From a virus (taxonomy: Duplodnaviria > Caudoviricetes): a stretch of DNA of 64,000 nt. The notes beneath the pieces were generated by a model. The model ran no database searches and was not told where the DNA came from. It worked only from the letters and a program-made list of their open reading frames with translations. Shown in pieces: positions 47,700 through 57,399 of the stretch; the first letter of the stretch is position 1; each line of letters begins with the position of its first letter. The stretch lies in IMG/VR virus record IMGVR_UViG_3300047160_002455, positions 13,048-77,047 of that record. The stretch is one strand, 5' to 3'. Made by a program: the position numbers and the translations under genes.

Positions 47700-48449
47700 T
47701 CAGTTCTTAACCCAGACCCTTTCGCAGTAGTTCATCTCTTTCCCCTTGTCCACGTTGGAAGCGCAGCGACTCACTTGTTTAAGATGTTGGAACGGCAGCC
47801 AGGTATCTTTGATCGTGCCGCAGACGATAACCTGTCCCTTCCGTGCCCGGCACCATGCCGCCAGTTGCTTGTAGTCGATCTCATGGTGGACGTAGTATAC
47901 CCCTTGCGATTGATACGGCGGGTCGATTAGCCACGTCGCCGCCTGATTCGGGCATTCCTCATAGCTCCCCTCACAGACGCGCCAATGCTTGATTTGGTTC
48001 ACTTGAGAGGCAATCCTAGCACGAATGACACTACCCCAGACGCAATCCACGCGCGTCTTGAGGTGCATCCACGGCGACGGTTTATTGCGTGGATGCTGCG
48101 ATCCCTTGGCGATCCACCAGCCGATTAGCCAGCGTGCCTCTTCGCATAAATGCGTTAGATCGTTGACGCGCCGAAACTTCAGAGGCAAAGCTAGGATCTC
48201 CGAAGGTTTGGCAGCGATTAGATACCGCCACAGCCCGACCACTTTCGGGTTCACGTCGTAAAGCAGCACCTTGCGGTTCGCATAGCGCAGAGCATAGGAC
48301 GCGCTGCCCGCAAACGGTTCCACAATGAGATTATGCTTCGGACGCGGATAGAACGGCACTAGCCGCCACTTGCTGCCGTAGTAGCTGAACATCGGCAGCA
48401 GGTCCGCGCCGCCGCGCCGCTTGATGCTGGCTGTAGATTTAGGGAGCAT
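47700..48449 (-). CDS. DNA adenine methyltransferase (Dam/D12 class, short)
   Basis: FSYYGSKW, EPFAGSA (motif I), IDPPY (motif IV). Start may be 48392. Confidence 0.85.
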   Translation of the reverse strand: MLPKSTASIKRRGGADLLPMFSYYGSKWRLVPFYPRPKHNLIVEPFAGSASYALRYANRKVLLYDVNPKVVGLWRYLIAAKPSEILALPLKFRRVNDLTHLCEEARWLIGWWIAKGSQHPRNKPSPWMHLKTRVDCVWGSVIRARIASQVNQIKHWRVCEGSYEECPNQAATWLIDPPYQSQGVYYVHHEIDYKQLAAWCRARKGQVIVCGTIKDTWLPFQHLKQVSRCASNVDKGKEMNYCERVWVKN

Positions 48450-49296
48450 AGACGAATCCGTTGACCAGCAAGACCTCCGGTGCAACTTCCCGCGCCGATC
48501 CGCGCTCCGTGGTGTGCAGATGCTTGTGGCGCGGACACTTGATTTTGCGCCACCCGCTATACAGATTGTTCAGTTGCGGCGCGTCGTAATAGCTGACCAC
48601 CACCCGCGCCTTGTGGAACCGCGATAGGGCGGTTGCCAGCCGCGAATGCTGCTCAGACGTAAAATCATACTCGAAACGACCGCCGCTTGACGTTGTTTCC
48701 GGCAAATAGGGCGGGTCGATGTACATAGAGACTTCTTTACGATCTTCGATTGAAGCTAGACACTCGAACAGATCCCGCCGCAAGATATGGACGTTTTTCA
48801 AGCGGTCCACCCAGGCAGGGATGGAATCCACGGCGCGGCGGAATCGCAAGGGACCACTGCCGCCGCCCGAAGTCCAGCGCGTCGCGATGCTATGCTTGAC
48901 CTTATCCGTTCCGATGATGCCGTTGCGCCCCATCCATGAAACAACGAAGTAGTGATATGCCCAGACCGCGCTGGGCGCATTTTTCTCCATGCACTGCAAT
49001 TCCTCGACAGAGCGCAAATAGAGATCGTCCTGATACATGGTCCGCTCCAGCATGTCGAATAGCTCCACCGACAGCTTGCCATCCTGCAGCACCCAGCACA
49101 GATTGGTGAGCGCGCCGTGCAGATCGCAAGCCATCTCATGGTGAGACGGCGGTTTCGCGAGCAAGACGGCAAGCGATCCACAGCACCCCTCGAAATAGAA
49201 TTGGTGCCGCCCCAGCTGCCGGATAATAAGAGGAGCCATCGTGCGCTTGGACCCGTACCAAGGCAGGATGGCTCCTAGCGGTCTTTTTCCAGGCAT
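48439..49296 (-). CDS. DNA adenine methyltransferase (Dam/D12 class)
   Basis: PWYGSK, EGCCGS (degenerate motif I), YIDPPY. Confidence 0.85.
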   Translation of the reverse strand: MPGKRPLGAILPWYGSKRTMAPLIIRQLGRHQFYFEGCCGSLAVLLAKPPSHHEMACDLHGALTNLCWVLQDGKLSVELFDMLERTMYQDDLYLRSVEELQCMEKNAPSAVWAYHYFVVSWMGRNGIIGTDKVKHSIATRWTSGGGSGPLRFRRAVDSIPAWVDRLKNVHILRRDLFECLASIEDRKEVSMYIDPPYLPETTSSGGRFEYDFTSEQHSRLATALSRFHKARVVVSYYDAPQLNNLYSGWRKIKCPRHKHLHTTERGSAREVAPEVLLVNGFVYAP

Positions 49297-49727
49297 TACG
49301 CCCCAGCTTTCAGTACCTTCCGCTTGTAACGGCGGTTGATCGAGATATCCTTTTCCCGCAGTTTCGGCAGACGCTTGTGTGCCTCCGCGTAGACTGCCAG
49401 CGCTTTGCGTCCACGATCCGTAATCTCGTAGACGGTCTCGTTGATGCCGTCCTCCGGTACTTTCAACTCCTCCTTAGACACCAAGCCACCAGGGACAAGT
49501 CCCGTTACCGATGCACCGTAGGAATCGCGACCGTTCAGCGCGGCAGTAATCGTGCCGCTGATTGCACTAATCCCGATGCGTTCACACAGCTTGGCGCGAG
49601 TCAGTGCCGGGGCAGGCGTGCCCACCGATAATACCCGCAAAATGCGGATTTGGGGCAGGCGCAACTTCGTTTGGACAGCACCGTTCTTCTTAGGGTGCTT
49701 CCGCCCAGGCTTCGTGACTTTCGGCAT
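49296..49727 (-). CDS. winged-helix DNA-binding protein
   Basis: QIRILRVL...TRAKLCERIG...GLV...YEITDRGRKAL. Confidence 0.65.
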   Translation of the reverse strand: MPKVTKPGRKHPKKNGAVQTKLRLPQIRILRVLSVGTPAPALTRAKLCERIGISAISGTITAALNGRDSYGASVTGLVPGGLVSKEELKVPEDGINETVYEITDRGRKALAVYAEAHKRLPKLREKDISINRRYKRKVLKAGA

Positions 49728-49835
49728 TGCAAAATGCTCCTTTCCTCGAAAAAGATAGTTGTCCTGAGGAACTTTCCTCACTGACAAATTATACGGCTGG
49801 GGTCGAGGCAAAGAAAGCAAAAAGTTAGTCCTCAC

Positions 49836-50339
49836 TTACGCGGAGAACGAAAAACCGCACTTGGGACACTCAAACTGCCGCGCTTTGCCGTTTGCCGGGG
49901 TTTCCGCTGGGACATACTCCCGCCGCAGCCTGAGAAGATCGTCCTGAGACCACCCCTGCTCAATCATCTGGGCATCCTCGACTAGCTCAGACACCCGTGC
50001 TACAGCGTCATAATCCCAACGCGCCAATTCGGCAGTCCGGTTGTCCGCGAGACTGTAGCCGATTGCCTTTCCCGCGTGAAAATTGACCCAGGTGACCGCG
50101 ATTTCGGTCCAACCCAGCTGACGTGCCGCCTCCAGCGTTCCATTGCCTGCAATCACTATCCTAGTGCGACGTTGCACCACTAGGGGCTTAGTCTGCCCAT
50201 AGGCAGCCAGCGAGCCCTTGATAGCGTCAATGTTCGCTTCGGGGTGCAAACGGGCGTTATTGGGGTTCAGCTGCAGGCGGTCGATAGCGACTACCTCGAC
50301 TTTAGACTTCCTGCCTACCAGGATGTTTGACTTTGGCAT
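49836..50339 (-). CDS. ParB/Srx-like protein with C-terminal zinc ribbon (methylase-associated type)
   Basis: LQLNPNNARLH...IDAIKGSL..YGQ.KPLVV...IAGNGTLEAA..LG, ADNRTAE, CPKCG. Confidence 0.85.
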   Translation of the reverse strand: MPKSNILVGRKSKVEVVAIDRLQLNPNNARLHPEANIDAIKGSLAAYGQTKPLVVQRRTRIVIAGNGTLEAARQLGWTEIAVTWVNFHAGKAIGYSLADNRTAELARWDYDAVARVSELVEDAQMIEQGWSQDDLLRLRREYVPAETPANGKARQFECPKCGFSFSA

Positions 50340-50364
50340 TCGATTGCCCCGATTCTTGCCTGCG

Positions 50365-51402
50365 CTATCTGAAAGTATGGCTAAACGAACAATGCGGGCT
50401 AAACCAGATTCGCTCCCGTCTACAATTCGCCTTGCCTTGGCTCTCGCTCTTGGACAGTGAAGCCATGCCCCCATTCGCCTTCCACGCCACGCATTTCCAA
50501 GATTGCGGCATAGTGTGCTCGCCTTCGTATCCGCATAGCGCTATGCGCAAGCGCGGGTCGTCCCCATGCTCAATCGCCCACTCGCGCACGTCGTGAGCGA
50601 CGGACAGCGAATCGACGCGGTAGCAGCCGTCTTCTCGATTCGCCGTATCCGCATATGGCGGGTCTAGGAAGATGCCGCAGGGCTTACCGCCAGCGAAAAA
50701 GTGCGATAGCGCATTGCCACTTCTGCCACCGCAAACCCGCCGCCAGTCACCGCAGCAGACGCGGACACGCCGCAGGCGTTCGCAGAGTGCCTGCATCCAG
50801 GCGTGTAAGCCTTGCTCGCCGCAGCCAGCGATACCATTTTCGCTCGGTGTATCGCGGCAGGATTTCTTGAGCACGCCCTCGCCCGCGTTGCTCAGGTGGA
50901 CGCACCGCCGCGATACTCCATTGGTGCTCGTTATCTGGACTAATTGGCGCACTCCATCCACTTCTTGAACTTGCCACGGTCCCTTGCCCGAACAGAACCC
51001 GCTGCCTATCCAGCACGCCACGCCCCAGCACCACCAGCCGGCAATTTTGGCGTCGTAGTATTCGGGGTCGCCTTCGAGCTTCGCTTGGAGTGAGTCCTTG
51101 CGCTCCACAAGCCATGCGTGCCGCGCGTGCAGATCGTTTTCATTCACTAACCAGTCGGCATATTGCGCGACTTCATCCGGCTTCGCTTGCACCGCGCGCC
51201 AGAAGTTGCAGACAAGACCGTCCACATCGTTGACCGTTTCGACCCCCTTAAACGGCTGCGGGCGATTGAGGAAGACCGCGCCCGAGCCGAAGAAGGGCTC
51301 AACGTAGCCGCGCACGTCGCCGAGGTGCTGCCAGACGGTTTCCGCGATGCGCGCCTTGCCGCCGAAATACGGAAAAGGTGCCAGGATGTTACTTTTTGGC
51401 AT
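50365..51402 (-). CDS. DNA adenine methyltransferase (Dam-like with insertion)
   Basis: FPYFGGK, YVEPFFGSG, ND.DGL..NFW, FLDPPY. Confidence 0.85.
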   Translation of the reverse strand: MPKSNILAPFPYFGGKARIAETVWQHLGDVRGYVEPFFGSGAVFLNRPQPFKGVETVNDVDGLVCNFWRAVQAKPDEVAQYADWLVNENDLHARHAWLVERKDSLQAKLEGDPEYYDAKIAGWWCWGVACWIGSGFCSGKGPWQVQEVDGVRQLVQITSTNGVSRRCVHLSNAGEGVLKKSCRDTPSENGIAGCGEQGLHAWMQALCERLRRVRVCCGDWRRVCGGRSGNALSHFFAGGKPCGIFLDPPYADTANREDGCYRVDSLSVAHDVREWAIEHGDDPRLRIALCGYEGEHTMPQSWKCVAWKANGGMASLSKSESQGKANCRRERIWFSPHCSFSHTFR

Positions 51403-52664
51403 TCTCCACCGCTCCGATCCGTAACTGCGCTATCTCGAAATACTCACCAGAGATTTCGATGCCGGTAAAGCAGAAACCTTCCCGCACAGCCGCCATGCCC
51501 GTAGAACCGGTGCCCATAAAGCAGTCCAGCACCACACCACCCGGTGGAGTCACCAGACGGCACAGATAAGGACATCAATGCCAGGTTCTTGACGGTTGGA
51601 TGCTTGTTTTCGACCTCTCCCATGTTGCGCTCACGGCGCGATGCCTTAGCGACATAGAAGAATCGAGACGCGCCCCCGGTGTCGCCATAGGTCGGTATCT
51701 CCTGTCCCGACCGCCTGCTGTCGGCGCGGTAACAGTTTTTCGATTTACCGGCACTCGCCCTCTTAATACACCCATGACCACTTGTTAGTTGCCCACTCTG
51801 CCTATCGAGCATGGCAACCGGGCAATCAGGGGTGCAGTCCCCATTGCAATCGTGCGACAGCACTACGTTTGCGGGGAAGCGCCCTAGCTGCTCTCCAGGT
51901 CTTGCTGTAGCGTACCGTTTTGGACTAGTCCTACTGATGAAACCGGGCTCACCGGGATGTCCTGAATATTTTCCCTGCCTTCGCCCTACTGACGGGGAAC
52001 CACCAGCGCAAGCGATCCGGCAACCGTCGATATTGAGCGCGCCCGTGCCCCACTTGAGCACGTTGGCAGCGACGCTTTTCTCAGACAACGGTTTCCGCGC
52101 CAAGATATAAAATTCGCAGGCTGGCTTCAGACCAGTTCCGAATCCCTGCCAGCGCTTGGCATCGTCCGATGTCGGCACATGCACAGGTTGCACCGTGCCC
52201 CAGTTTTCCAGCGTCCACGCATCCTGCCGATAGGTTGAAGCGCGCCGCCCCGACTTGACGGTCCCGGCAATCCGTGGCTCCCCAGCTGACTTGTCGATTG
52301 CCCTCGACACATCAAGCGACTTGGGGAATCCCTGCCCGAACAGGTGACTCACAATATCGCGGATGTCAAATCCGGCAGCTTCGATTGCCGTGGCGGTCCG
52401 ATGCGAGATGCGCGGCAATGCCCACACCAGACAATGCGCCCCAGGTTTCAGCACCCGATGGCACTCCCGCATTACGAGCGTCAACCATTCGATCCACTTT
52501 TCCGGTGACCCTTTATCCGAGTCCCAATGTAGACCCATAAAGTCAATCCCTGCCGGTGGATCGGTGACTAGGGAATCAAACACAGAGTCCGGAATCGTCT
52601 TGAGGATTTCCAGACAATCCCCTTGGTACAGGTCAATGCGCCGTCTTTGTCCTATCCGTGGCAT
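51389..52664 (-). pseudogene. beta-class N4/N6 DNA methyltransferase with +1 frameshift
   Basis: AGGAGGT SD. GDCL, VTDPP, HPTVK, then an extra T at 51568-51569. The shifted frame continues YLCRLVTPPGGVVLDCFMGTGSTG (motif I) to TAA at 51389. Confidence 0.8.
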
Positions 52665-54856
52665 TCGACCACCTCCTTGTAAAGACGCGCCAGGGGCAGC
52701 GTCAGCCGCCACTGGGGAACGCCGCCCACGTTCTTAACCGTGATTACCTTCAGACGCTTGAGATGCTTGAGTAGCTTAGACATCGTATGGTCCTCCTGAC
52801 CTAGTGCGACTGCTAGCGAGCTACTTGCCAATCCTACGTTGCCGGTGTCCCAAATCAAGCGCGCTATCTCTAATGCCAGCCCCCGCGCCGTGTCCAGAGC
52901 GACACAGCGAACGCGGCGCATAACTTCCTCATCCCAACCATCGCGGTTTAAGACCACCGCTAGACAGTTCGCTAACCGCGTCAATTGATACGACAAGCGC
53001 GAAGATAGCTCCTTATGCGCCTTCTCTTGCTGTTTGGGAGAGGGGCGGCTGCGCATATAGGACACAAACAGCGCTAGGTTGTAGAGTTCCTGCGCTTGCT
53101 CCTGCTCCGGATTGGGCAGCAAATCGAGCAATTGCTGGGCATTGCGGCGCAGGTAGCCGATGTAGCCGCCCGTCATTCCCCGTGCTGCCACGCGCTCAGG
53201 GGATGTGGCGGTTTCCGGTTTACCGTCCACTTGCAAGCGACTCTCGTAAGCAGCACGGTAGATGACGCGCAGACCGATTGCCTCTTCCAACTCCGCGCTG
53301 ATTTCATCGCAAATGACGGTATCTAGGAACCGTTCGCCCAGTTCGCTAGTGTCCAGTTCCCGCAGTGATTCCGTGCCGCTCAGCACTAGCGTAGTCCGCA
53401 ATCGCTCATAGCGGCGCGACATACCATGCCGGTAATGCGTCCGCGCCGTGCCATCGTACAAATCCCGCGCTTCTGCCAGGATTTGCTCACGGTTCGGTGC
53501 CTTTAGCAGCGTGTCCCCATCCTTGATTACCAGCGTCTTGTTCTGCACTTGAACTAACAGGCTGTAATCCTTTGATCCTTCCTTATCCTCCTTGTAACCC
53601 GAATGGAAACCCGTAAACGTGCTGATCGGATGGACATACTTCAGATTTGCCGCGAGCGCTTCGCACAGTTCCGATTTGCCGCTGCCGGGCGGACCGATTA
53701 CCTTGATCCACAGTTGGTCACCTACCAGCTGCGTAGAGACCACGGTTGCGAGCATTACCGATAGCGTTTGATCCAGTCGATCCGTCCAGGTCAAGACTTT
53801 GCGCCAGCTGTTGACTAACGATTTCCAATCCTTGCAATCACCGCAGCCTTCCTCCGATCCTTGCGGTTCTGACCGCCGCGAGGGAACTAACCAATCCTTG
53901 GGCACATCGTCAATCTTGCCTAGCAGCTGCTGCAGACGGTCCAAGCGCGGACCGAGTAAATCACCGCCCTCCGACAGCTGGTCGCGAACGTCGTAACCAC
54001 TGGGCAGCAAACGGTCGTAACCGTTCAATCCCCAGTTCAGATAGGAGATTTTTTGCGTGACGTTGCACAGAATCGAGGTTGCTTCTTGCATCGACTTGTA
54101 ACCTTGCCCAGCGATTACCCGCGATTCGTGTTTTCGTGGATGGTCATTGTCAAACAGCAAAATCGGATGCTTGCCTTCAAACAGCGACAGGAATTTATGC
54201 AGGCAGCTGACACCGCCGCAACTGGATACCGCGAGAACCGCCGCCCGCGTGCGCAGGTTGTCTCCGTTCGCGGTTGCCATCAGATCGGTGCCGGTGAACT
54301 TCGCGACGCCCAGCAATTCCCACAGAGCGAGCGCGTCCCAAATGCCTTCGCAGATGTAGACATCCTGCGCGCTGCGGTCCCAGAGCGGAATGCCGTGCAG
54401 TTTGTGGGTTAGCGTAGGTGTCGGCATACAAATCATGCGACCGTCTTTATTGGTGCGATAGCTGTAGAGTTGATTGATCTTGCCGTCAGCGTTGTAACCG
54501 GGAATCAGCCAGTCGCCCGTAAGCGCGGATATACAGACGCCCCAGTGCATCAAGGTTTCAGGGTAGAGTAGTTTGCGATTGACGGAGAGAAGGTTGTATT
54601 GTGCGTTGTTGGTTTCTTCGTCGCTTTTTGCGTGTAGTGATTGCAGAAAGGTGTAGATGTTGCCGCCGCCGTTTTCATTGCCTTCGTGACATTTCCAACA
54701 CTTCCACTTGCCGGTGCTTTTCTCGACTGAAAATTTGCCTTCCCTGCCGCAGAACGGGCAATCGCCCGCCGCTTGTTCCTTGTCCTCCTCCCAGGACAAC
54801 TCCAAACCGTGCCATAGGTACGGTACTAGCTTCTCCGGGGTTGAGGTTGTCGGCAT
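52652..54856 (-). CDS. primase-helicase (Zn finger + Toprim-like + AAA+/MCM-like)
   Basis: CPFC/CWKC, ICEGIWDA, LLFDND, GYDVRD, GPPGSGKS (Walker A), IKDGD, GERFL. Confidence 0.8.
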   Translation of the reverse strand: MPTTSTPEKLVPYLWHGLELSWEEDKEQAAGDCPFCGREGKFSVEKSTGKWKCWKCHEGNENGGGNIYTFLQSLHAKSDEETNNAQYNLLSVNRKLLYPETLMHWGVCISALTGDWLIPGYNADGKINQLYSYRTNKDGRMICMPTPTLTHKLHGIPLWDRSAQDVYICEGIWDALALWELLGVAKFTGTDLMATANGDNLRTRAAVLAVSSCGGVSCLHKFLSLFEGKHPILLFDNDHPRKHESRVIAGQGYKSMQEATSILCNVTQKISYLNWGLNGYDRLLPSGYDVRDQLSEGGDLLGPRLDRLQQLLGKIDDVPKDWLVPSRRSEPQGSEEGCGDCKDWKSLVNSWRKVLTWTDRLDQTLSVMLATVVSTQLVGDQLWIKVIGPPGSGKSELCEALAANLKYVHPISTFTGFHSGYKEDKEGSKDYSLLVQVQNKTLVIKDGDTLLKAPNREQILAEARDLYDGTARTHYRHGMSRRYERLRTTLVLSGTESLRELDTSELGERFLDTVICDEISAELEEAIGLRVIYRAAYESRLQVDGKPETATSPERVAARGMTGGYIGYLRRNAQQLLDLLPNPEQEQAQELYNLALFVSYMRSRPSPKQQEKAHKELSSRLSYQLTRLANCLAVVLNRDGWDEEVMRRVRCVALDTARGLALEIARLIWDTGNVGLASSSLAVALGQEDHTMSKLLKHLKRLKVITVKNVGGVPQWRLTLPLARLYKEVVECHG

Positions 54857-56897
54857 CTACTTGCACTCCCTTCGCCCACGTCTCAGCGTGATAAGAAACA
54901 GAAACCCGCAGCGGAACGCCAATATCCTGTCCTGACTGCGCCATCAGTTCCGCGATCCGCTGAATATACCGTAGATTTGACCGCCAGGGCTCCGCGCCGC
55001 CCCCGCACGGAAAATCGAACACCAGTTCATCGTGGACTTGGAGCGGCATGTAAGCGTCGATGGGCAAAGAGCGCAGGTAGGCATCGCACCTTGTCATTGC
55101 CTTGCAAGTACACCACATTGCCGTTCCCGAAACGTGATAGGCAAACGGGACGGTAGGTTTTACCGCCCCGCGCTCCGTGCGCACACACATCAGCGGATAA
55201 CCGCGCCGCGCATCCACTGTCTTATCCGGCAGCGTCTCGACATATCCGTGCCGGTTGGCAAAAGAGATGTACTTGCGATTGAGTTCTGCGGTTTTGAGGA
55301 AGCGCGCCGCGATCCTGCTCTGCGCGCCCGGTACACCATAGGCGCGGTCCGCCGTGCCGTTGCCATCTTCCCGATCTTGCGCTCCGTATTGGACAGCGAA
55401 GTTGCCATTTTTCACTCTCTGATACCACGTTGCTTTGTAGCGTTCTTTGAACAGCGGACCCATTTTGTCGAAACCCACTTCGCGCTCCAGGTCCGCCCAC
55501 AGCTTCGGATGGAGTACATGCGCCACCAGCAGGTGTTCGGACCCGTAGTAGGGCGGTTGCTCTGGATGCTCAAATAGTTCGATAATCGCTTCCTCCCCAG
55601 CTTCATACGCGGGAATGCGCCGTTCGATGTTCTCGTAGTCCAAACACCACCATTCCCGCCCCGGTGCCGGTCCGAAGCAATAGCGCAGGTTCGCGAGTTC
55701 CTGCTTAGACGCATTCTGCCCATTCGGGTTGTTGCTGCTGAAGCGCAGCGTGTTAGTGGTAGTCGGATTGAACGACGGGAATAGACGCAGCCAGTCGTCC
55801 GCGAGCGGCACACCGTAACGCTCATACGACTTGATAAAGGTAAGCGCAGTGTCGAATTTCCGCTTGCGAGCGAGCGAACGGATGAACATGCCCGGTTTGG
55901 TAGCGGCGGGCAGCGTCACCAGGTACACAGCCACCGCCTGAGCGTTCAGCGCGGGTTTGGACAGCAGCTTGGTCCGCGCCACCGCCTCTAGCTGCAGATT
56001 GTCGAACACAAACGTATGCAGCGAACCGTTGACGGTGGAGCCTTGCGGCAGCTGCAGATCGTGCCCACGGTCCGCCGCAATCGTCACACACACCGATTTG
56101 CAGCGGTCGCTCTCTTCCTGAAACTCCGCGTGCATGGCATCGAGGCGCGATTTGCTGACCGTGACACCCCGCTTCTCCATGCCGTAGATAATCCCCGGCA
56201 GCTTGGCACGCTCCACATACAGCTTCCACAGACCACGGGATTTGAGTAACCGCCGCAGTACGCTCCATAGAGGCAGCGTGACAGCAGAGTCCGCGTTGGC
56301 ATACTCCCGCGTCACCGTGTACCAATAGCCCCAGCTATCTTCGGGATCGACCGCCAGTGCCTCAGCTAACTGCCTTGGCAGCCAGGTGTCGTATTTCCAG
56401 CACTTGCCCTTTGCGGAAGGCATCCCTGCTAATCCCTGTTTGGCAATCTGCCATTCGGGAAAAGCACGCCGCGCCCGAGTCCGCGCTTGATTGCAGGCTG
56501 TTTCCAGGGCATCCTCAAAGTGCTGGATGTCCACCCCAAGGTATTGAATTGCCAGCGAGGTAAGATCCTTAGGTTGCGAGCTAGCGAGAAGGTGTGCCGC
56601 CAGCAGCGTATCGTGCGTTTTTTCCCAAGGGAAGGCATCGCGAAACCTCCGATCTAAGGAACCCAGTGCCGCCACGTCGAATTTCGCGTTCTGCAGAACA
56701 AGTTCGTCGGCATCGCAAACCAGCTGCCAGATGGCATCCAAATCACCGTCCGGAATTTCGGGCATCCTAGTTATCGGGTCAACATCCCATTCCCACCAGC
56801 GCTGCTCTGCCGATTCATCGCACGTTGTCACGAAAAAGGGGCGGGCAGCGTGCCGGGTGTCCGTTCCCGTCGTTTCAGTGTCGAGGGAGATTATCAC
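54675..56897 (-). CDS. polA: DNA polymerase, family A (3'-5' exonuclease + polymerase)
   Basis: LDTETTG, QNAKFD, HDTL, RFSSNNPNGQN, LDYENIERR, KNGNFAVQYG, QVHDELVF. Confidence 0.92.
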   Translation of the reverse strand: MIISLDTETTGTDTRHAARPFFVTTCDESAEQRWWEWDVDPITRMPEIPDGDLDAIWQLVCDADELVLQNAKFDVAALGSLDRRFRDAFPWEKTHDTLLAAHLLASSQPKDLTSLAIQYLGVDIQHFEDALETACNQARTRARRAFPEWQIAKQGLAGMPSAKGKCWKYDTWLPRQLAEALAVDPEDSWGYWYTVTREYANADSAVTLPLWSVLRRLLKSRGLWKLYVERAKLPGIIYGMEKRGVTVSKSRLDAMHAEFQEESDRCKSVCVTIAADRGHDLQLPQGSTVNGSLHTFVFDNLQLEAVARTKLLSKPALNAQAVAVYLVTLPAATKPGMFIRSLARKRKFDTALTFIKSYERYGVPLADDWLRLFPSFNPTTTNTLRFSSNNPNGQNASKQELANLRYCFGPAPGREWWCLDYENIERRIPAYEAGEEAIIELFEHPEQPPYYGSEHLLVAHVLHPKLWADLEREVGFDKMGPLFKERYKATWYQRVKNGNFAVQYGAQDREDGNGTADRAYGVPGAQSRIAARFLKTAELNRKYISFANRHGYVETLPDKTVDARRGYPLMCVRTERGAVKPTVPFAYHVSGTAMWCTCKAMTRCDAYLRSLPIDAYMPLQVHDELVFDFPCGGGAEPWRSNLRYIQRIAELMAQSGQDIGVPLRVSVSYHAETWAKGVQVDADNLNPGEASTVPMARFGVVLGGGQGTSGGRLPVLRQGRQIFSREKHRQVEVLEMSRRQ

Positions 56898-57088
56898 TTG
56901 GCGCGCCTCATACGGAACTTGCCCCAACCTTTGCGCCGCGCTTTGACCAGACCTAGCTGTTCAGCGCGCCCCCAGGTCAACTCTCTGCTCTTGATGCGCT
57001 GCTCTAGGTGTTTCATGTGCGTACAACATAGACCGCGCCGGATTGCGACATTTACGCACCCCGGAACGATACAAGACAGCGTCCCCAT
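56894..57088 (-). CDS. small Cys-containing phage protein
   Basis: CIVPGC...RRGLCCTH...TW..AEQLGL. Confidence 0.6.
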   Translation of the reverse strand: MGTLSCIVPGCVNVAIRRGLCCTHMKHLEQRIKSRELTWGRAEQLGLVKARRKGWGKFRMRRAK

Positions 57089-57104
57089 TGCTTAACCAGA
57101 AATG

Positions 57105-57150
57105 AAAAAAGGAAAGATGCCGGGTTTTCCACCATCGGGGAGCCCGGCGT
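57105..57150 (-). terminator. intrinsic terminator
   Basis: GATGCCGGG/CCCGGCGTC stem (57116-57150) followed on the - strand by TTTCCTTTTTT. Confidence 0.55.
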
Positions 57151-57202
57151 CCGATCTTGTAGGTAAGGAGGTACCCGGTGGATTACTCAGATACGCCAGA
57201 AG

Positions 57203-57379
57203 TTAGTCGCCCAGTCGGAAAGCTGGGATCGTGCTTTCTCCTTGGCACAACGGACAATCAATCCATTGACTGTACGCTTCGCGCGTCACGCCGCCAGCGG
57301 CGGCAAGAAACAACCATCTGCCCCGCGCTTGGCATTGGGGGCAGGGCTGCTTCGGTCTCTGCTCCTTAGGCATTTCCAT
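57203..57379 (-). CDS. small zinc-finger protein
   Basis: CPQCQARG...CPLCQG (DnaJ-like CxxCxGxG style). Confidence 0.6.
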   Translation of the reverse strand: MEMPKEQRPKQPCPQCQARGRWLFLAAAGGVTREAYSQWIDCPLCQGESTIPAFRLGD

Positions 57380-57399
57380 GCGCCTCTCCTTTCCCGACC

